Source of the DNA: a virus
Lineage: Duplodnaviria; Caudoviricetes
Length of the DNA stretch: 64,000 bases
Reading direction: 5' to 3' (one strand)
Virus record (IMG/VR): IMGVR_UViG_3300031992_000028
Shown: piece after piece, positions 1 to 12,345 of the stretch
How the letters are laid out: each line of letters begins with the position of its first letter
Numbering within the stretch: position 1 is the stretch's first letter
The notes under the pieces: model-generated
What the model saw: the letters and a program-made list of their open reading frames with translations, nothing else
Databases searched by the model: none
What the model was told of the DNA's origin: nothing
Translations under genes and position numbers: made by a program

Positions 1-1
1 G

Positions 2-3000
2 GAATTTTTATGCCCATCAAATATAAATAAACTTCTTAATACTGAATATAAATTTTTAGATTATGTAGAAAGTGTTGGTTATTTAGGTGGTTTTATAAAC
101 ACTGGTTTTAAACCAAATCAAAATAGTGGCATTGAAATTCAATTTGCTAATACATCAAACTCAAATAATCATTCAAAAATTTGTGGCGGTGGTGGTGAGT
201 CATACCAAGACAGAGCATTTGAAATCTATACATGAAATGAACAATTACAATTTAATTATGGCAACAGTGCCTTATATTTAGGAAGTATGCCAGAGCCTGG
301 AACAATTATTACGGCTTGACAAAAGAAGACCGAAGCTGGTTATTCTTATTCTAATGGCTCACAAACATATACAGGAACTCATACAGCTAATTCTTTTACA
401 GCACCAAGAGAGCTATGCATTGGAACATTAAATCGTACTGCCTCTGGCTCTTGGGCCAATTTTACTACAACGAATACTGGGTCTACAAAGTTTTATTATT
501 GTAAAATTTGGGACAATGATAAATTAATTAGACATTATTTACCAGCAAAAAGAGTTTGTGATGATAAAGTTGGCTTCTTTGATTTAGTAAATAATATATT
601 TGTTGATGTAGTTGGCACTTTTATAGAGCCTGGAATTCCAGATGAGTACAAAGAAGTTGAATATTTGCAGTCTTCTGGAACACAATATATTAATACTCTT
701 ATTACTTCATCAGAAAAAATTGGGCTTGTAGTTGAAGCTGCAGTAACAGCTAATAGTACTGGTGAATTACAAAATTATATTTTTGGATCACAGCAAGCAG
801 ACGCAAATATAAATTGATATTCTTACTGCACTGTAAAACTAACTACTAATGGCGTGGTTGGTTGTGAATGAAGCGATGATGGACGAGCTACTTCTGACCA
901 TAATATTAGTTATCAGGTCTCTACAAATACTAAATATAAAATTAGTTTTAATTTTATTGCTGGCGAATTTTGAATTGGAAATAATAAACTAAAAACTGGT
1001 ATCACCCTATGTGATTGTAAATTTCCACTTTATTTATTTGGAGATAATTTACTCGGTAATTTCGCTCGCAGTGGCTCAATTAGAATATATCAAGCTAAAA
1101 TTTATAATGATATGGCCTTAGTACGTGATTTTGTTCCATGCATTAGAAAATCAGATAATAAGCCGGGAATGTATGACCGAATAACACAAGCATTTTTTAC
1201 TAATAGTGGCACAGGTGAATTTACTTTTCCAGCATCAAATAATAATGATTATGTCTCAAAAAATATAAAAATTAATTTTAGACCAATTCCTTATATTGAA
1301 AGTACTAGAATACAATATATTGATACTGGTATTGAAATAACTGACAAACTTGAGACACAGCTAGACTTTGCCTTTAGCTCATATGATAATAATGAAAGAT
1401 ATGTTTTTGGATTTGATAGCCCTACAGTAATTGGAATGATTAATGGAGCTGGCCGTATCTATGAATTTGGAGAAGAAAGGTATAGTTGGCCGCTTGATAC
1501 TAATAGACATACTGCAATAGTTGGTAAAAATATAGTTTTTGATGGTAGTGTTATTGATGAAAATATTGAAGGCTGAGCAACAGGAAAAAATGGCTTTTTG
1601 TTTTGTGCTAACACAGTTAATGGGGTCAACTATTTTTCAAATACAAAATTATATAGTTGTAAAATTTGAAATGATGGCACATTAGTAAGAGACTTTATTC
1701 CTGTAATCAATACACAAACAAATAGACCAGGTCTTTATGATCTTGTAAATCATAACTTCTATGCTAATCAAGGTACAGGTGAATTTAATGCTCCAGAATT
1801 ATATTTGCCAATAGAATATATTGAATCTTGCAAAAACTATCGAGTTAAACCATATATAGACACTGGTATTTCAGCAGCTGATACAATTACAAGGATAGAA
1901 GCGCACATAAATAAAACTAATAATGGTGGATCAACTACTGATAATGGTATTTTATTTGGGCTATTTGATGCCCCTGCATTATTTTACTTAGACCAAGATA
2001 TTAATACAACAACACATAGAATGAATATTGATTATACCAATAGTAGTGCCTTACAATTAACTTCTTCTATAGCTAATGCCTCTGGAGATAAAGTCTTTGT
2101 TTATACACGCTCTGGTAACACACATAGCTTTTCTGTAAATAATGAAACACCAAGTACTGGTAGTAGAGCAACAAATTGAAGCTCAACTAAACATCATTAT
2201 CTATTTGCTTATAACAATAACGGCACGGCCGGCTGCTTTTATAACTGCAAATTATATAGTTTTAAAATTTGAGTAAATAATATAATTGCGCGAGACTTTG
2301 TTCCAGTTTTAAGAATTTATGATGGTAAACCTGGATTATTTGATAAAGTCGAGAATAAATTTTATACTAATGCTGGAACCGGTGAATTTAGATATGCTAA
2401 TTCTTTTGGGGGTGGAAGAAATAGCTGAGATAATTACTCTGGCTCATATTCATCTGACTCAGATGATTGAACATTTTCTAAGTATGAACCTGGCGGCTGA
2501 GAATGAGATGAATGTAGTGAAGACTTCCCATTAGCAGGAACAGGCATACTAAGTACAACTGCATACTCCAAATGTGCTGTAAGTATTTCAGCAGGTTGCT
2601 CACGAATGATGGTTGGGGTTGCTCCAATTGGCTACTCCTTCAGATATGAGCAAGGCTATTTCTTATACCCAGATAGGAATAATCGACTATGCTTATACTT
2701 ACGAGGCACAAATTCTACACAATTATTGCCAGAAGATCACAAAACATGAACTTCTGGCGATAGACTTAGAGTTTCGTATGATGGTGAAGCTATTTACTTC
2801 TATCATAATGATGTACAGGTTTATAAATTATCATCTGGAATAATAAAAGGTCCAGATAATAAAATGTTTATTAATATTACTGACTGGAATGAGTCTGACC
2901 CACCTGGCGGATGTTTTAATATTGCTTTTAATGCCTTACCTGATTTATCAAATAAAAAAGTAATTTATTGAGATGCTAGTGGTTATGAAAATCCTATTTA

Positions 3001-4360
3001 TGAAAATGATGCCGATGAACTAACTGAATGCGAAACTTTATCTGTTACTACAAGTGGAGATACTGCACTTGGAAATCAAAGCTTAATATTTGATGGAATG
3101 AATCACCTTAAAAGTAGCTTAGATAGCTCATTTATTACAGATAAACTTACAACAAATATTTGAGTTTATAAAAATGATTGAAGCAATACTGTTAGTGAAC
3201 AAATTATAGCTTGCTCAAAAGATAATACAACTGGAGCAACCCATAATGGTTGAAACTTTGCTATTGGTTCCAATTCAGCAAGCGAAACAGGAACTGGCAC
3301 ATATTTAAAATTTGTGGTTGATGCAGGAGCCGCTCATGCACGAGCAGCAAAACTAAACGTATCTAGCTTAACATCAGGTTGACATATGTTTACAGGAACA
3401 TATGATTCTTTTATGGGCACAGGTCATACAACAGGAAATTCATATGTTAAATTATATATTGATGGAAATCTTGCCGATACTGATGTAATATCAAGCGCTC
3501 CAGCAATGCCAATTAACTATGTTTCATCACATAATGTAACTATTGGTGCTAGATATAATAGAACTAATGATACAGTTGCTGATTACTTTAATGGAAAAAT
3601 TGCAGATATTAAAATTTGGGCAACAACATTAAGTGATGAAGATATTGAAAACTTATATAAAGTAAAAGCAGCTATAGATGAAAATTACACTTTAACTTGT
3701 AATACATATATAGATGCAATAGAAAATACTTTTACACCAACTAATATAACCTTTAACAGTCTTAATACTAATGAAGCTATTCCAGGAATATACTATGATG
3801 TGCAACGAACTTCTAATTATCAATATAGTGGAATAAGTATTGATAATAGCAGTAACTTTATAATTAATCATTGATATAAACTTAGTTTTAATATTAAAAG
3901 TGCAACAGATAACAAAGCTGCCGATTATGTTAGAGGACACTGCATGTACGGGTTTGATAATGATAATTCTGAAATCTTCATTGATGGACATTATATTGGG
4001 AAAAAATGACACATTGGTAGCGCATTGATTCCAGATCAACGAACTGAATGGGATGCTGTCGGTGCTTCTTGACGCCATTATGATGTATATCTAAAATGTA
4101 CCAAAAATACTGACCCAAATGGTGCAAACCTTTATATTCAGCCAGACAGGTCAGTTAGTGGTACAGGAAGACATGTAATAATAACAAATATTACACTTAC
4201 TGACTATGGACTAAATAAACCAGAAGTGCTAAATACACATGCAATAGATTTTGTTAATAAGGCATCAGTAATAAAAGGTAATAATATATTAGAAAATTCT
4301 AGCTTAGTTGGTGTCAGTAAAAATAATACAATCTTAGTAAATAACATTCATGAAGATTAA
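2..4360 (+). CDS. Large tail/receptor-binding-type protein (5' truncated; TGA=Trp) with ~4 tandem beta-rich repeats plus a LamG/ConA-like domain
   Basis: Frame 2 has no TAA/TAG until 4358-4360. About 22 in-frame TGA. Repeat consensus YIES..QYIDTG...KIW....LVRDF.P...G.YD....FY.N.GTGEF. LamG motifs G(W)HMFTGTY and FNGKIADIKIW..LS.EDIENLY. Confidence 0.8.
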
Positions 4361-4367
4361 TCACTAT

Positions 4368-4402
4368 AAAAGACTTAGCTATTTAAAAAGCTAAGTCTTT
4401 TT
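4368..4402 (+). terminator. Intrinsic terminator
   Basis: AAAAGACTTAGCT-loop-AGCTAAGTCTTTT hairpin with T-run after the stop. Confidence 0.85.
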
Positions 4403-4433
4403 ATCTAGCTATTATATTCTTTTAATTATGAAC

Positions 4434-4447
4434 TTTTGCTAAATTAT
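4434..4447 (+). promoter_or_regulatory. Putative late promoter (TGCTAAATT)
   Basis: TTTTGCTAAATTAT; the motif recurs in about 12 intergenic positions. Confidence 0.7.
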
Positions 4448-4491
4448 ACGAGACTTAAAATAAAAATTATAAATTAAGGAGAATAAACTTT

Positions 4492-4914
4492 ATGGCAACA
4501 TTAAATTCTACACTTGTTAATGGAGACCTTACAGTCACTGGAACAATAGCTGCAGCTGGCTATAGCACAATTTCTGACCGCACTTTAAAGGAAAATATTA
4601 GAGCTTTTAAACCAGAAGCAACTATTTTAGATTTGCCAATTTATAAGTTTGATTATATAGCAGATAATAGACCTAAAAATCAAATTGGCTGTATTGCTCA
4701 AGATTTATTAGAGTTGTTTCCTGAACTTGTTGTTACAAATCAAGATGGAACCCTTGCTATTAAAGAAGCTAAATTAGTTTATCCGATATTAATTGAACTT
4801 AAAAAAACTAAAATAGAGCTTGATAACTTAAATAGTGAATTTTCAATTTTAAAGAAAGAATTTGAAGATTTAAAGAGACAAGTTAATGGTGAACCAAAAG
4901 AAATTTTAGAATAA
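4492..4914 (+). CDS. Stand-alone peptidase S74 / tail-fibre intramolecular chaperone domain protein
   Basis: SDRTLKENI autocleavage motif, IGCIAQDL..LFPELV, C-terminal coiled coil; AAGGAG RBS. Confidence 0.85.
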   Translation: MATLNSTLVNGDLTVTGTIAAAGYSTISDRTLKENIRAFKPEATILDLPIYKFDYIADNRPKNQIGCIAQDLLELFPELVVTNQDGTLAIKEAKLVYPILIELKKTKIELDNLNSEFSILKKEFEDLKRQVNGEPKEILE

Positions 4915-4975
4915 TTATATTAAATATTAAGAGGTGCTTAAAATAAGCATCTTTTTTATTGTATAATAATTATAT

Positions 4976-5341
4976 ATGAAATGGGAACAATTTTTTACTA
5001 AATTTGCTGATGCTTTCAAAATTCCAGAGACATTAGATGAAGCGACTGAGTATATCAATCAAAATCCTGGTATACAGACATTTATTGAAGAAATGTCATT
5101 TAGACAGGTAGTTATTAATATTTTAGTTGCTGCAAATATTATTACAGAAAAAGATTTTAATAAATCTGTTGAGCATTTTAAAAAAGTATTTACAAAACAA
5201 TATGCTCAAGAATTACTTTCAAAAATTGAGGAATTCAAAGAAAGCTATGATTCAGACGAAGACTTATCTGATTTATTTGATGACCTTGATGAGGAAGACG
5301 ATACAGACGACCCAGATACCCCTCCTCACTATGATGCTTAA
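4976..5341 (+). CDS. Hypothetical protein with acidic tail, probably leaderless
   Basis: ORF begins just after TTGTATAAT with no RBS; terminators on both sides. Confidence 0.7.
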   Translation: MKWEQFFTKFADAFKIPETLDEATEYINQNPGIQTFIEEMSFRQVVINILVAANIITEKDFNKSVEHFKKVFTKQYAQELLSKIEEFKESYDSDEDLSDLFDDLDEEDDTDDPDTPPHYDA

Positions 5342-5397
5342 TAATAAATAAAACTCTAAAGGAACTTAAATAAGTTCTTTTTTTATTCTTTTTTAAA

Positions 5398-5410
5398 TTT
5401 GCTAAATTAT
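5398..5410 (+). promoter_or_regulatory. Putative late promoter
   Basis: TTTGCTAAATTAT upstream of a TGA-containing gene. Confidence 0.7.
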
Positions 5411-5443
5411 TTGATGATTTGATTTAAAGGAGAATAAATCGAA

Positions 5444-8400
5444 ATGACAGAATTTAAATATTGTATTTACTGTGGAACTGACCCTGAGCCAGTTTGTTTT
5501 GGCGCAGAAGCAGATGCTATGAAATTTGCTCGTGAAGAAACAAACACATGCAGTTCAGTTCGTGTTGAAAAAACAGAAATAGATGAAGATGGTAGTATTC
5601 TTAATAGCGAAGTTATTTGAGAAGCTAGTAATACTAACCCAGAAAACTTTGTAGCAGAAGACAACCCTTTTAAAACAGAATTTCCTAAATCTGATATTGA
5701 AGAAGTTGAAATCTCTGATGATGCTATGTATGATGAGATTGCTAAACAATATGAAGAAGGTTCAGAATGGCCAGCTGACGCAGATGAACCTGGTAGAGCA
5801 AGACCTGATTGGAAAAAGATTAAAGAAGCTATGGAAGATAATGAATCTGAAGTAGAATGTAAATGCTGTTTTGATTTATTCCCAAAAGAAACTTGTATTA
5901 AAACTGAAGATGGTTATATTTGTAAAAAATGTAATCAAGAGCTTCATTCACATCAAGGAACTAATTTAGATTTAATTGATGCAGACCCATTTGATTTATC
6001 TTATGATGATCCAAGAGACCCTGAAGAAGAGGAAGAGCCTGAAATTAAAGATGAACCTTTAGATGCTAATGAAGTTAGAAAACATGAAGCTGGTATTGAA
6101 GAAACACTTGAAGAGCATATCAATGATAGACCAGCTGATATTGAAAGTGAACAAGAATATCAAGGCGTTGACAATGCAGTTGTTGATTGCCCAGTTGCTA
6201 CAATAATTGCTCATAGTGAAGATGAAAAACCTCTTGACTGCGAAATGAAAAAACCAGCTCTTGAAGAGCCTTTAGCTGGTAAAGATGTTGATATTAAAGT
6301 TAATGAAGATTTGTCTGAAGAAGAGACAAAAGAATTAGATAAAGAAATTGAAACTTTAGAAGAAGAATTAAAAGTTATTGTTGACTTTAGTGATTATAAA
6401 CCATGGTCTGGTGCAGTTGATACCTATGACTTAATTAGAGATGCAGATAAATTAGATGACCTTGAAGCATATCTTGAAGAATGTTACCCAGATGGAATTA
6501 CTGCTACACAAATTAATGATATTCTTTGGTTTGATGGCGACCAAGTTTTAAGTTATCTTGGACTTGGCGATGCTGAAGATGAAGATGAAATTGATGAAAG
6601 CTTAAAAGAAGAAGCTAAAGATAATAAGATTAAACTTTATGGCTGTGATTTACCAAATACTTTATTAGACGATGATGAATGAATTATCATTGATGAAAAA
6701 GATAGAGACTTAGCCATTGAATTAGATAATAAAGTTGGTGAAATATTACAAGCGCAAGTTGATGAAAAAGGTGAACTAGACCCTGATTTCTATAACGTAG
6801 AAGAATTTGAAAAACTAGCAGATGAAGCCGGGCTAGAGTGGGAATTTGGTGCCACAAATCTTCAAACAGAAAATTTAGAAGAAGCCAAAAAAGATGATGA
6901 ATTACCAGTTGATCCAGAAGCTGCTAAACTCGAAGTTCATACTATGTTAAATGATTTAGTGGCCGATGAGATTGAAGCTATTAATGGTTATGAAGAAGCA
7001 AAGAAAGAAATTCTTGATGCACCAATTAATCACAAAGATGCTATTCTTGATACTGTTGATCATATTGAAGATGAAGAAAAAGAGCATGTTGATGAATTAA
7101 TTGATGCTACTACTGAAATTCCTTTTGATAAAGAAGAAGCTCCAGCTCCAGTAGTTGAAGAGCCAGTTGTTGAAGAGCCAGTTGTTGAAGAGCCTGTGGT
7201 TGAAGAGCCGGTTGTTGAAGAGGGCTTTGAAGACCAAAGAGCAAAAACTAAAAAATTTGCCGATGAGGTTAATGCAAAGAAATCGTGGAAAGTTTCAGAA
7301 CTTAAAGAATTAGCTGCTAAATATACTGTTCCACAAGTTGACTATGATTATATTACACTACACTATAATGGTGCAATCATCAATGAAAATTTAAATGAAG
7401 ACCCATTTGATCAAAGCTTCCCAGAAGTTGAAGAAAAGCTAGAAGAAAGAGCAATGGCTGACACCCCATTTGATAGTGATGTTAAAGTTGGTGACAAAAT
7501 TAGAATTGTTCATTTAGAAGGTGAAGATAATTCTTATGACGGTAAAGAAGGCGAAGTTGAACATATCGATTCTATTGGACAACTTCACGGAACTTGAGGC
7601 GGACTTGCTATTATTCCAGGCGTTGATGATTTTGATATTATTACAGAAGGCTTGACTGAACCTAAATATGACATATTTGATGACGGTCAACAAATTGGTC
7701 AAATAGAAGCTGCAGATGAAGAAGATGCTGTTAACCAATGTTATAATGGCGCTTTTGGAAGAAGCTCATCTGATAATTTATTTACAGCAGAATTAGCTGA
7801 AGAAAGTTTAACAGAAGCTAAAGCTAAACCAGAAGCTGATAAAGTTCAATGTTATAATGATGGCTTAAAGTTAGCAAAAGCATATAATAAGCCTGTTATT
7901 TATGGTTATACAAATAGTTCCTATGATGGTAAATTCTTCAAACTAGATGACCCAATTATTTGTGACAATGTTAGTGATGAAACTAAGAAATTTAAACAAC
8001 AATATAAGAGCTGTAATGTTGCTTATGTTGCATACCCAAGTGGTCAATTAGTTGAAAGCTTACTTGAAGATACTAATTCAAATGAGCATGAAACTTTTAC
8101 TGCTGAAGAGCAAGAAGAGTATAACTGTGATGAAGATGGTAACTGCTTAGATAGCTATGATACATTACACCACTGTGGCTGGTGTGGTGATGTCTTTACT
8201 GAATATGAAATGAGACATGAAGCTGACTTTGGTTGGATTTGTTCTAGATGCGAAGACGAATTAAAATCACATGGTGGCCCATTAACATTTATTGAAAATG
8301 AAGGGCTTAGTGAATTAACTGAAGCTAAACGTAAAGCTACTCCAAAACTAGATATTGTTTCAGTTGACGAATCTGTACAAGAGTCAGATGATCATGATCC

Positions 8401-8695
8401 TAAAAGACATATTCTTCGTGCAAGATTTTATGATCCACAGGAACCTACATTAATACCAAGAGTTAGCATGGAATTTGACTTTGTAAGGGACCTCGATAGT
8501 GAAGACCCTGATGCAAGAAAAGCAAATCCACACTATAAAAAATGGTTTGAATATAATTATAGAGCATATGATTATGACGGAAACTTATTACCTGATATAA
8601 ATCCTGATAGTGAAAGAACTGAGACTGAAAAGAGAATGCTTGGTAATATTCATAAAAAATTAGTAGATGATGGAATTATTGATAATAATAATTAA
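5444..8695 (+). CDS. 1083-aa acidic multidomain protein (TGA=Trp): Zn-ribbons, ferritin-like helical domain, PVVEE repeats, DUF4314-like domain; probable head-packaged protein
   Basis: AAGGAG RBS and ATG 5444. Three TGA join four same-frame fragments. Motifs DEIEAINGYE...EEKEH and VEHIDSIGQLHGT(W)GGLAIIPGVD; CxxC pairs. Confidence 0.8.
7148..7222 (+). repeat. 5 x 15-bp coding tandem repeat (PVVEE)
   Basis: CCNGTNGTTGAAGAG x5. Confidence 0.95.
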
Positions 8696-8855
8696 ATAAA
8701 TTATATCGTATATTATAACGAGTGAACAAAAAGCATTAAGGAGATAAGCCCCAGCTTAGTACTTGATGCGAACTCATTTTAATAGAAGTGCTCAAGAGCC
8801 TGATAGAACTGGTGGAGAGCACTGAGTAACTAAATAGAATTAGGAGATATTAAAA

Positions 8856-9332
8856 ATGAAGTATTACTCAGAAATTTTAAACAAAAACTTTGATTCAGTC
8901 GAAGATTTAGAAAAGGCTGAAGAAGAACACAAAGCTGAACAAGCTAAAAAAGAAGAAGCTAAAGCTTTAGTTAAGAAAGAATCCTCAGAAGTTGAAGACT
9001 CTTTTAAAGCAAGAAACGCTGCAAGAAAAGCTTATAACGAAAAACTCGTTGAAGCAAGAAAAATTTACAATGAAGCTTTAAGAAAAGCTAAAGATGAATT
9101 TGAGGCTAGCTTGAAAGAATCAACAGAAACTTTAGAAAAAGCTGAAGCTGATTATGACACTAGACTTAAAGCTTTCCAAAAAGCCCATCCAGAAGGTTAT
9201 CACATTACACTTAAAGATGGTGATAATGTTGTAACTTACACAAGTAATCAAATTGATTACCCAGTTAAAAGTATTAGTAAAGAATTTGATGATATATTAG
9301 ACTTATTCTCTAACTTACTTAGACGCTGGTAA
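8856..9332 (+). CDS. Coiled-coil hypothetical protein
   Basis: AGGAG RBS; K/E/A-rich helical sequence. Confidence 0.8.
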   Translation: MKYYSEILNKNFDSVEDLEKAEEEHKAEQAKKEEAKALVKKESSEVEDSFKARNAARKAYNEKLVEARKIYNEALRKAKDEFEASLKESTETLEKAEADYDTRLKAFQKAHPEGYHITLKDGDNVVTYTSNQIDYPVKSISKEFDDILDLFSNLLRRW

Positions 9333-9395
9333 TTAGCTTCTAAATTCTGGGGCTTAATAAAATAATAAAATATTAAAATATATTGTATAATATTA

Positions 9396-9504
9396 TGTGA
9401 GTTGAAGAGCTCACAAGTTCATAGTAGCGCTAAGGTAAAACTTAGCAATCCTCCCTTCAACAGCAGCTTATCACAATTCCTCCTGGTATGTTGCTGTTTT
9501 TCTT
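9396..9504 (+). ncRNA. Putative sRNA with two anti-SD (UCCUCC) motifs
   Basis: TTGTATAAT at 9383; two hairpins; AATCCTCCC; terminator hairpin with ATTCCTCCT in its loop; no ORF. Confidence 0.6.
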
Positions 9505-9516
9505 TTTGCTAAATTT
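9505..9516 (+). promoter_or_regulatory. Putative late promoter
   Basis: TTTGCTAAATTT. Confidence 0.6.
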
Positions 9517-9519
9517 AAT

Positions 9520-9573
9520 GGTCGGTCAAATAGCGCCATCACCTTCGCCACAGCTAAGTTGACCGGCTTTTTT
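9520..9573 (+). ncRNA. Putative hairpin sRNA with GCCATCACCTT loop
   Basis: GTCGGTCAA...TTGACCGGC stem plus T-run directly after a late-promoter motif; no ORF. Confidence 0.5.
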
Positions 9574-9606
9574 ATTTTAACTGAGAAGCTACTGAGAAGT
9601 GTTTCA

Positions 9607-9619
9607 TTTGCTAAATTAT
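9607..9619 (+). promoter_or_regulatory. Putative late promoter
   Basis: TTTGCTAAATTAT ahead of a TGA-rich operon. Confidence 0.7.
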
Positions 9620-9634
9620 TTGAGGTTTGCAAAA

Positions 9635-10057
9635 ATGCAGTGAAATAATGTTGATATAACTACCAAAGTAGCTATTACACGCTTTCTAAAAGTTAAAAAT
9701 AATTTACCAATTAAATTTATTTCAAGTAATTTTGCTGCAAGTGGCGAAAAACTTTATTACGCTTACTTTGAAGATACTAAATTATCTACATGATATAAAA
9801 GCATTAATTCGACACGAGAAGGTGTTTTTAGAGTAATTATTAACGAAGAATTTTTAAACTCTCAAACAAACGGCATTGATTTAGTTGCTAAGATACCAAG
9901 CAATATATCAGATGAAAAAAGAATCATTTTAAGAATCGCTTACTCTATTTTGGTAAATTGACAAAGAGCTGTTATTGAAGCTTATAAAACGGCAGAAAAA
10001 GATAGTAATAAAATTACTTATGCTAATGCTATGAATTGATATGAAGATTTAAAATAA
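9635..10057 (+). CDS. LRIAY-family paralog 1 (TGA=Trp)
   Basis: GAGG RBS; 140 aa with 4 TGA; IILRIAYSIL. Absent from the ORF track. Confidence 0.75.
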
Positions 10058-10058
10058 T

Positions 10059-10400
10059 ATGGCAAGATATAGTTTACAAGATGCACGTAGATATATAGTT
10101 CAAGCATTCATGAGACTTAATAAAGCTCGTGGTTTAAATTTAGCTTTACTTGATTTAGAGTATGCAGATTTAATGGGCTGAGATTTTATTAAAGCTCATA
10201 TGTATGATAAAACAACTCACACTAAGTTTGATAGTATGCTTAATGAGTTTATTTTTACCAGAGAAGATACTATGACAAATTTAGACACACAAGCTAAAAT
10301 ACTTGGAAAAAATCTAAATGAAAGAGAAAAAATTATTTTAAGAGTTGCTTATACTATTTGAAGAGACTGGAAGGAAACTAGAAATGTTGACGTGGACTAA
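10059..10400 (+). CDS. LRIAY-family paralog 2 (TGA=Trp)
   Basis: QAFMRLNKARGLNL...IILRVAYTI(W); 2 TGA. Confidence 0.75.
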
Positions 10401-10713
10401 TCAAGACTTAGATGATTTCTGTGAACAAGCAGTCGAGCTTTTAAATAAGAAAAAGCAATTACAATTAGAATTAAGAAATTGTTGGCTTTATTCAAATAGC
10501 TCTGGCAGTAATTTTCATATTATCTATCATAATAACTTTTTAGATAAAGATTTTCATTTATGTAGAAATGGTAGGATTTTGCAAGAAGGAACTATTGGTG
10601 TTGATAAAGTGGCCGAGCTAGAAAAAGTAGACGACATTAAATTAAAAATAGTTTTACGCATTGCATATTTTATTTATAAAGACTGTCAAAGAGAGATGAA
10701 GGAAGATAAATAA
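10384..10713 (+). CDS. LRIAY-family paralog 3
   Basis: QAVELLNKKKQLQL...IVLRIAYFIY. Confidence 0.75.
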   Translation: MLTWTNQDLDDFCEQAVELLNKKKQLQLELRNCWLYSNSSGSNFHIIYHNNFLDKDFHLCRNGRILQEGTIGVDKVAELEKVDDIKLKIVLRIAYFIYKDCQREMKEDK

Positions 10714-11240
10714 TGGCTAGAGAAGTCTCATTTATGTTTAAAGACCTTGAAGAGCTTGCTCAAATTAAAGCAGGTGTTTTAGGTTATCTTCAAAGAGATA
10801 TTAACAAGCTATTAAAAACAAAAGACTTAGATGCTGAATTTATAAATATTGCAACACCTGGAAAAGCTTATGGAAGGACTTGACTACTCTTTAAAGTTTA
10901 TTACACTTGCTATGATGACCAAGATGATATGTTAGGAAATTATACGCATGTTTTCTTTGCTTACCCTATTCAACAAAACTTATTTACAAGAGACCCAGAC
11001 ATGATGGACATTGTAGATGGACAAGCTAGAATTAAAGGAAGACAAGATAGATTAAGTGATATTGATTTAGTTAAGGTTAGAATTCTTTATCATATATTTT
11101 ATATTATTAAGTGTATTCAAGAAGATAATTTACCTGCAACCATTAAACTTCCTACTAAAAAATACATTGTAGTTGAATATGCCGATGCTGGAAACTTATT
11201 CTACGAGTTAAAAGATCATTTACCTGGGGGCTTTAATTAA
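10713..11240 (+). CDS. LRIAY-family paralog 4, divergent (TGA=Trp)
   Basis: TAATG coupling to the previous gene; one TGA; VKVRILYHIF. Confidence 0.7.
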
Positions 11241-11241
11241 T

Positions 11242-11991
11242 ATGGGATTACAACTTGGAATGAATGAATCATCAAACATTATTAGTCTAGCCATTAAAGC
11301 TACTGGAGAAAACTTGGATAGAGATTTTTATCATATTCATTCTGCACCAGGACATCAGGGCTTCTTTGTTGAAATTGCTGACCAGACACTTGAAGGCAAG
11401 CTCTCTGCAGTATCTAACGACTATGATAATGGTGATTTTGTTTTTACTTTAAATATACCATATGAGTATTTTAATGATGATCAATTGCCTGAAGATACTA
11501 AGCTTGGAATAAAACTTACAGACCACACTGAGGTAAAAGCTGAAATTAGATGTATGGGATTAATTGCTAAGACACACGAAGCATGACTTAAAGACCATGA
11601 AGTTTTTACCACAGAAGATTTAAGAAAAGTTATTAATGATGCTCTAGATAGATTAAGAAAAATTAAAAAATTAGATTTAATGGTCCATGGAAATAAAGGC
11701 GAAAAAGCTGAAAAATATGTTTCATTGTGGCTTACTGAAGGACATATTCCTGCGACTGGTGGAAGTTTTCTTGATAGATTTTTCCCAGTTGAGCTACATG
11801 TCTATGACTATTATATTGATGTGGGAAATCATGTAGTCGATGAATTAATTGGTGAAACTAACCTCCGTGGTAAAAGCAGACGAGAAGTTTGTCTATTAAG
11901 AGTAGCATATACTATTTATTCTGAATGTACTGGTTGGCTTCATAATAAATGACCAAAAGTTTTTAATGATTATGTAAACGGAGAGTTTTAG
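11242..11991 (+). CDS. LRIAY-family paralog 5, two tandem domains (TGA=Trp)
   Basis: Two TGA join 11242-11586 and 11680-11952; DALDRLRKIKKL...LLRVAYTIY. Confidence 0.75.
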
Positions 11992-12006
11992 TTAGGAGTT
12001 ATATGT

Positions 12007-12345
12007 ATGGATCAAGCACAAAAAGATTTACTAATTAAAGATGCTGAGAAATATAAAGCAGATGACTATTTAGCTAAAGCTGTTCAGCTTCTATTTAAGA
12101 ATAAAAAAATAAAAATAGAAATAGTTGCTCATGAATGAGATATTAGTAATGTCAGTGATAAGCTAATTTTTAAGCTATGATATTCTGCAGATGGTCATGA
12201 AGTAGTATTAAATATATTAGAAAGTGTTTTTAAAGATTATAATAGAGATGCAGATAAAGATATTGGAATTAAAAATGATTTGCCAATAAGCACTAAAATT
12301 ATTTTGAGACTTGCATATCTATTATACAAACATAGAAATGATTAA
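12007..12345 (+). CDS. LRIAY-family paralog 6 (TGA=Trp)
   Basis: AGGAG RBS; KAVQLLFKNKKI...IILRLAYLLY; 2 TGA. Confidence 0.75.
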
